A stretch of 64,000 nt of DNA from Eledone cirrhosa (Eukaryota). The stretch's first letter is position 1. Every line of letters begins with the position of its first letter. Positions 56,401 to 64,000 of this stretch are shown piece by piece. The notes beneath the pieces were generated by a model that searched no databases, was not told where the DNA came from, and was given only the letters and a program-made list of their open reading frames with translations. The position numbers and the translations under genes are program-made. The stretch spans positions 21,824,001 through 21,888,000 of the forward strand of contig OZ024744.1 of assembly GCA_964016885.1 (NCBI GenBank). The letters run 5' to 3'.

Positions 56401-59400
56401 AAGAGGTGACAGCCACAACAGCTATGACATCTTCAGACAGTTAGAAGAGGTGACAGCCACAACAGCTATGTCATCTTCAGACAGTTAGAAGAGGTGACAG
56501 CAACAACAGCTATGACATCTTTAGACAGTTAGAAGCGGTGACAGCCACAACAGCTATGACATATTCAGACAGTTAGAAGAGGTGACGGCAACAACAGCTA
56601 TGAGATCTTCAGACTGAAGAGGTGACAGCCACAACAGCTATGACATCTTCAGACAAAAGAGCTGACAGGCACAACAGCTATGTGATCTTCAGACAGAAGA
56701 GGTGACAGCCACAACTGCTATGGCATCTTCAGACAGAAGAGGTGACAGGCACAACAGCTATGACATCTTCAGACAGTTAGAAGGGGGTGACAGCCTCAAC
56801 AGCTATGACATCTTTAGACAGTTAGAAGAGGTGACAGCCACAACAGCTATGACATATTTAGACAGTTAGAAGATTCGACAGCCACAACAGCTATGACATA
56901 TTCAGACAGAAGAGGTGACAGGCACATCAGCTATGACATCTACAGACAGAAGAGGTGACAGCCACAACAGCTATGACATCTTCAGACAATTAGAAGAGGT
57001 GACAGCAACAACAGCTATGACATCTTCAGACAGTTAGAAGAGGTGACAGCCACAACAGCTATGACGTCTTTAGACAGTTAGAAGAGGTGACAGTAACAAC
57101 AGCTATGACATCTTCAGAAGTTAGAAGAGGTAACAGGCACAACAGCTATGATATCTTCAGACAGTTAGAAGAGGTGACAGCAACAACAGCTATGACATCT
57201 TCAGACAGAAGAGGTGACAGCTACAACAACTATGACATCTTCAGACAGTTAGAAGAGCTGACAGGCACAACAGCTATGACATCTTTAGACAGTTAGAAGA
57301 GGTGACAGCCACAACAGCTATGACATCTTCAGACAGAAGAGGTGACAGGCACAACAGCTATGACATCTTCAGACACTTAGAAGAGGTAACAGCAACAACA
57401 GCTATGACATCTTCAGACAGTTAGAAGAGGTGACAGGCACAACAGCTGTGACATCTGTAGACAGTTGGAAGAGGTGACAGCCACAACAGCTATGACATCT
57501 TCAGACAGTTAGAAGAGGTGACAGCCACAACAGCTATGACATCTTCAGACAGTTAGAAGAGGTGACAGGAACAACAGCTATGACGTCTTCAGACAGTTAG
57601 AAGAGGTGACAGGCACAACAGCTATGTCATCTTCAGACAGTTAGAAGAGGTGACAGCAACAACAGCTATGACATCTTTAGACAGTTAGAAGCGGTGACAG
57701 CCACAACAGCTATGACATCTTCAGAGAGAAGAGGGGACAGCCATCACAGCTATGACATATTCAGACAGTTAGAAGCGGTGACAGCCACAACAGCTATGAC
57801 ATATTCAGACAGTTAGAAGAGGTGACGGCAACAACAGCTATGAGATCTTCAGACTGAAGAGGTGACAGCCACAACAGCTATGACATCTTCAGACAAAAGA
57901 GCTGACAGGCACAACAGCTATGTGATCTTCAGACAGAAGAGGTGACAGCCACAACTGCTAGTGCATCTTCAGACAGAAGAGGTGACAGGCACAACAGCTA
58001 TGACATCTTCAGACAGTTAGAAGAGGTGACAGGCACAACAGCTATGACATCTTTAGACAGTTAGAAGAGGTGACAGCCACAACAGCTATGACATCTTCAG
58101 ACAGTTAGAAGGGGGTGACAGCCTCAACAGCTATGACATCTTTAGACAGTTAGAAGAGGTGACAGCCACAACAGCTATGACATATTTAGACAGTTAGAAG
58201 ATGTGACAGCCACAACAGCTATGACATATTCAGACAGAAGAGGTGACAGGCACATCAGCTATGACATCTACAGACAGAAGAGGTGACAGCCACAACAGCT
58301 ATGACATCTTCAGACAGTTAGAAGAGGTGACGGCAACAACAGCTATGAGATCTTTAGACAGTTAGAAGCGGTGACAGCCACAACAGCTATGACATCTTTA
58401 GACAGTTAGAAGAGGTGACAGCCACAACAGCTATGACATATTCAGACAGTTAGAAGAGGTGACGGCAACAACAGCTATGAGATCTTCAGACTGAAGAGGT
58501 GACAGACACAACAGCTATGACATCTTCAGACAAAAGAGCTGACAGGCACAACAGCTATGTGATCTTCAGACAGAAGAGGTGACAGCCACAACTGCTATGG
58601 CATCTTCAGACAGAAGAGGTGACAGGCACAACAGCTATGACATCTTCAGACAGTTAGAAGGGGGTGACAGCCTCAACAGCTATGACATCTTTAGACAGTT
58701 AGAAGAGGTGACAGCCACAACAGCTATGACATATTTAGACAGTTAGAAGATTCGACAGCCACAACAGCTATGACATATTCAGACAGAAGAGGTGACAGGC
58801 ACATCAGCTATGACATCTACAGACAGAAGAGGTGACAGCCACAACAGCTATGACATCTTCAGACAATTAGAAGAGGTGACAGCAACAACAGCTATGACAT
58901 CTTCAGACAGTTAGAAGAGGTGACAGCCACAACAGCTATGACGTCTTTAGACAGTTAGAAGAGGTGACAGTAACAACAGCTATGACATCTTCAGAAGTTA
59001 GAAGAGGTAACAGGCACAACAGCTATGACATCTTCAGACAGTTAGAAGAGGTGACAGCAACAACAGCTATGACATCTTCAGACAGAAGAGGTGACAGCTA
59101 CAACAACTATGACATCTTCAGACAGTTAGAAGAGCTGACAGGCACAACAGCTATGACATCTTTAGACAGTTAGAAGAGGTGACAGCCACAACAGCTATGA
59201 CATCTTCAGACAGAAGAGGTGACAGGCACAACAGCTATGACATCTTCAGACAGTTAGAAGAGGTAACAGCAACAACAGCTATGACATCTTCAGACAGTTA
59301 GAAGAGGTGACAGGCACAACAGCTGTGACATCTGTAGACAGTTGGAAGAGGTGACAGCCACAACAGCTATGACATCTTCAGACAGTTAGAAGAGGTGACA

Positions 59401-62400
59401 GGAACAACAGCTATGACGTCTTCAGACAGTTAGAAGAGGTGACAGGCACAACAGCTATGTCATCTTCAGACAGTTAGAAGAGGTGACAGCAACAACAGCT
59501 ATGACATCTTTAGACAGTTAGAAGCGGTGACAGCCACAACAGCTATGACATATTCAGACAGTTAGAAGAGGTGACGGCAACAACAGCTATGAGATCTTCA
59601 GACTGAAGAGGTGACAGCCACAACAGCTATGACATCTTCAGACAAAAGAGCTGACAGGCACAACAGCTTTGTGATCTTCAGACAGAAGAGGTGACAGCCA
59701 CAACTGCTATGGCATCTTCAGACAGAAGAGGTGACAGGCACAACAGCTATGACATCTTCAGACAGTTAGAAGGGGGTGACAGCCTCAACAGCTATGACAT
59801 CTTTAGACAGTTAGAAGAGGTGACAGCCACAACAGCTATGACATATTTAGACAGTTAGAAGATGTGACAGCCACAACAGCTATGACATATTCAGACAGAA
59901 GAGGTGACAGGCACATCAGCTATGACATCTACAGACAGAAGAGGTGACAGCCACAACAGCTATGACATCTTCAGACAATTAGAAGAGGTGACAGCAACAA
60001 CAGCTATGACATCTTCAGACAGTTAGAAGAGGTGACAGCCACAACAGCTATGACGTCTTTAGACAGTTAGAAGAGGTGACAGTAACAACAGCTATGACAT
60101 CTTCAGAAGTTAGAAGAGGTAACATGCACAACAGCTATGACATATTCAGACAGTTAGAAGAGGTGACAGCAACAACAGCTATGACATCTTCAGACAGAAG
60201 ATGTGACAGCTACAACAACTATAACATCTTCAGACAGTTAGAAGAGCTGACAGGCACAACAGCTATGACATCTTTAGACAGTTAGAAGAGGTGACAGCCA
60301 CAACAGCTATGACATATTCAGACAGTTAGAAGAGGTGACAGGCACAACAGCTATGACATCTTCAGACAGTTAGAAGAGGTGACGGCAACAACAGCTATGA
60401 GATCTTCAGACAGAAGAGGTGACAGCCACAACAGCTATGACATCTTCAGAGAGAAGATGTGACAGGCACAACAGCTATGACATCTACAGACAGAAGAGGT
60501 GACAGCCACAACAGCTATGACATATTCAGACAGTTAGAAGAGGTGACAGCTACAACTGCTATGACATCTTCAGACAGTTAGAAGAGGTGACAGGCACAAC
60601 AGCTATGACATCTTCAGACAGTTAGAAGAGGTGACAGCCGCAACAGCTATGACATCTTTAGACAGTTAGAAGAGGTTACAGGAACAACAGCTATGACATC
60701 TTCAGAAAGAAGAGGTGACAGGCACAACAACTATGACATCTACAGACAGAAGAGGTGACAGCCACAACAGCTATGGCATATTCAGACAGTTTGAAGAGGT
60801 GACAGCCACAACAGCTATGACATATTCAGACAGAAGAGGTGACAGGCACATCAGCTATGACATCTACAGACAGAAGAGGTGACAGCCACAACAGCTATGA
60901 CATCTTCAGACAATTAGAAGAGGTGACAGCAACAACAGCTATGACATCTTCAGACAGTTAGAAGAGGTGACAGCCACAACAGCTATGACATCTTCAGACA
61001 GTTAGAAGAGGTGACAGCCACAACAACTATGACGTCTTTAGACAGTTAGAAGAGGTGACAGGAAGAACAGCTATGACATCTTCAGACAGTTAGAAGAGGT
61101 GACAGTAACAACAGCTATGACATCTTCAGAAGTTAGAAGAGGTAACAGGCACAACAGCTATGACATCTTCAGACAGTTAGAAGAGGTGACAGCAACAACA
61201 GCTATGACATCTTCAGACAGAAGAGGTGACAGCTACAACAACTATGACATCTTCAGACAGTTAGAAGAGCTGACAGGCACAACAGCTATGACATCTTTAG
61301 ACAGTTAGAAGAGGTGACAGCGACAACAGCTATGACATCTTCAGAGAGAAGAGGTGACAGTCACAACAGCTAGGACATCTACAGACAGAAGAGGTGACAG
61401 CCACAACAGCTATGACATATTCAAACAGTTAGAAGAGGTGACAGCCACAACTGCTATGACATCTTCAGACAGTTATAATATGTGACAGCCACAACAGCTA
61501 TGACATATTCAGACAGAAGAGGTGACATGCACAACAGCTATGACATCTTCAGACAGTTAGAAAAGGTAACAGCAACAACAGCTATGACATCTTCAGACAG
61601 TTAGAAGAGGTGACAGGCACAACAGCTATGACATCTTTAGACAGTTGGAAGAGGTGACAGCCACAACAGCTATGACATCTTCAGACAGTTAGAAGAGGTG
61701 ACAGACACAACAGCTATGACATCTTCAGACAGTTAGAAGAGGTGACAGGAACAACAGCTATGACGTCTTCAGACAGTTAGAAGAGGTGACAGGTACAACA
61801 GCTATGTCATCTTCAGACAGTTAGAAGAGGTGACAGCAACAACAGCTATGACATCTTTAGACAGTTAGAAGCGGTGACAGCCACAACAGCTGTGACATAT
61901 TCAGACAGTTAGAAGAGGTGACGGCAACGGCAGCTATGAGATCTTCAGACTGAAGAGGTGGCAGCCACAACAGCTATGACATCTTCAGACAAAAGAGGTG
62001 ACAGGCACAACAGCTATGAGATCTTCAGACAAAAGAGGTGACAGGCACAACAGCTATGAGATCTTCAGACAGAAGAGGTGACAGCCACAACAGCTATGAC
62101 ATCTTCAGACAGAAGAGGTGACAGGCACAACAGCTATGACATATTCAGACAGTTAGAAGAGGTAACAGCAACAACAGCTATGACATCTTCAGACAGTTAG
62201 AAGAGGTGACAGGCACAACAGCTATGACATCTTTAGACAGTTGGAAGAGGTGACAGCCACAACAGTTATGACATCTCCAGACAGTTAGAAGAGGTGACAG
62301 CCACAACAGCTATGTCATATTCAGACAGAAGAGGTGACAGGCACAACAGCTATGACATCTTCAGACAGTTAGAAGAGGTAACAGCAACAACAGCTATGAC

Positions 62401-63430
62401 ATCTTCAGACAGTTAGAAGAGGTGACAGGCACAACAGCTGTGACATCTGTAGACAGTTGGAAGAGGTGACAGCCACAACAGCTATGACATCTTCAGACAG
62501 TTAGAAGAGGTGACAGCCACAACAGCTATGACATCTTCAGACAGTTAGAAGAGGTGACACGAACAACAGCTATGACGTCTTCAGACAGTTAGAAGAGGTG
62601 ACAGGCACAACAGCTATGTCATCTTCAGACAGTTAGAAGAGGTGACAGCAACAACAGCTATGACATCTTTAGACAGTTAGAAGCGGTGACAGCCACAACA
62701 GCTATGACATATTCAGACAGTTAGAAGAGGTGACGGCAACAACAGCTATGAGATCTTCAGACTAAAGAGGTGACAGCCACAACAGCTATGACATCTTCAG
62801 ACAAAAGAGCTGACAGGCACAACAGCTATGTGATCTTCAGACAGAAGAGGTGACAGCCACAACTGCTATGGCATCTTCAGACAGAAGAGGTGACAGGCAC
62901 AACAGCTATGACATCTTCAGACAGTTAGAAGGGGGTGACAGCCTCAACAGCTATGACATCTTTAGACAGTAAGAAGAGGTGACAGCCACAACAGCTATGA
63001 CATATTTAGACAGTTAGAAGATTCGACAGCCACAACAGCTATGACATATTCAGACAGAAGAGGTGACAGGCACATCAGCTATGACATCTACAGACAGAAG
63101 AGGTGACAGCCACAACAGCTATGACATCTTCAGACAATTAGAAGAGGTGACAGCAACAACAGCTATGACATCTTCAGACAGTTAGAAGAGGTGACAGCCA
63201 CAACAGCTATGACGTCTTTAGACAGTTAGAAGAGGTGACAGTAACAACAGCTATGACATCTTCAGAAGTTAGAAGAGGTAACAGGCACAACAGCTATGAC
63301 ATCTTCAGACAGTTAGAAGAGGTGACAGCAACAACAGTTATGACATCTTCAGACAGAAGAGGTGACAGCTACAACAACTATGACATCTTCAGACAGTTAG
63401 AAGAGGTGACAGGCACAACAGCTATGACAT
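53500..63430. repeat. Dispersed, more diverged duplication (~53500-56120 vs ~60570-63430, offset ~7.1-7.3 kb)
   Basis: Rare variants in the same order: GTTTGAAG 53701/60789, TTCAAAC ~54204/~61420, TATAATATG 54258/61474, ACACGAAC 55209/62557, GATTCGAC 55716/63020. The offset drifts by whole monomers. Confidence 0.82.
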
Positions 63431-64000
63431 CTTTAGACAGTTAGAAGAGGTGACAGCCACAACAGCTATGACATCTTCAGACAGAAGAGGTGACAGGCAC
63501 AACAGCTATGACATCTTCAGACAGTTAGAAGAGGTAACAGCAACAACAGCTATGACATCTTCAGACAGTTAGAAGAGGTGACAGGCACAACAGCTGTGAC
63601 ATCTGTAGACAGTTGGAAGAGGTGACAGCCACAACAGCTATGACATCTTCAGACAGTTAGAAGAGGTGACAGCCACAACAGCTATGACATCTTCAGACAG
63701 TTAGAAGAGGTGACAGGAACAACAGCTATGACGTCTTCAGACAGTTAGAAGAGGTGACAGGCACAACAGCTATGTCATCTTCAGACAGTTAGAAGAGGTG
63801 ACAGCAACAACAGCTATGACATCTTTAGACAGTTAGAAGCGGTGACAGCCACAACAGCTATGACATATTCAGACAGTTAGAAGAGGTGACGGCAACAACA
63901 GCTATGAGATCTTCAGACTGAAGAGGTGACAGCCACAACAGCTATGACATCTTCAGACAAAAGAGCTGACAGGCACAACAGCTATGTGATCTTCAGACAG

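Larger units (their letters stand above)
1..64000. repeat. Tandem satellite array of 44-bp monomers with 40-bp and 43-bp length variants, ~1,500 copies, truncated by both window edges
   Basis: Every part of the window reads as GAAGAGGTGACAG(CC/GC/CA/GA/TA)ACAACAGCTATGACATCTTCAGACA(GTTA), usually with 0-3 substitutions per monomer. I saw no inversion and no non-repeat insertion. Confidence 0.99.

Noticed and set aside
669-63444. The ~50 short plus-strand ORFs (MTVTTAMTSSEVRRGNRHNSYDIFRQLEE...) as a peptide gene family
   Set aside because: They are translations of the satellite where 43+44 and 40+44 monomer pairs keep frame. Most start at the repeat's GTG, none has a unique flank or promoter context, runs of 44-mers hit TAG/TGA, and stop-containing copies are amplified equally.
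1-64000. CRISPR array (palindromic repeats of ~35-44 bp)
   Set aside because: There are no unique spacers: monomers abut directly and vary only by point changes. No cas genes or leader are present.
1-64000. One giant repetitive protein under an alternative genetic code, or on the minus strand
   Set aside because: The plus strand needs both TAG and TGA (and occasional TAA) reassigned. The minus-strand monomer contains TAA, TGA and TAG. Mixed 40/43/44 lengths and 1-2 bp indels show no frame preservation.
1-64000. Assignment to a named satellite family, organism or centromere
   Set aside because: I do not recognise the monomer and saw no CENP-B box. A BLAST/Dfam/Repbase search plus chromosomal context and ChIP data would be needed.
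1-64000. Variant-cassette system for antigenic variation or diversity generation
   Set aside because: No expression locus, recombinase, reverse transcriptase or conserved coding frame is present. The variation pattern is adequately explained by duplication and point mutation.

Overview
The whole 64 kb window is one uninterrupted head-to-tail tandem array (satellite/minisatellite-type DNA) in a single orientation, with no unique sequence, and it runs off both ends. The consensus monomer is 44 bp, GAAGAGGTGACAGCCACAACAGCTATGACATCTTCAGACAGTTA (20/44 G+C, 16 A vs 8 T, no CpG). It is interspersed with a common 40-bp variant (TTAG lost) and a 43-bp variant (CAGAAGTTA), roughly 1,500 monomers in total (64000/~43). 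Monomer variants occur in stereotyped orders, forming an irregular higher-order structure built by nested kb-scale duplications (offsets read by hand: 1408, 2888, 6057/6145, 2338/2213, 2280, 2830, 8684, ~5.9 kb, ~7.1-7.3 kb and 38176 bp). Each monomer is an imperfect inverted repeat with 14-bp arms. I find no credible protein-coding gene, RNA gene, mobile element or CRISPR array; the listed ORFs are phase artefacts of the repeat. I cannot identify the organism or repeat family (a eukaryotic origin is an inference), and the sequence alone does not demonstrate a new biological system. Offsets come from diagnostic variants compared by eye, and block boundaries are approximate.
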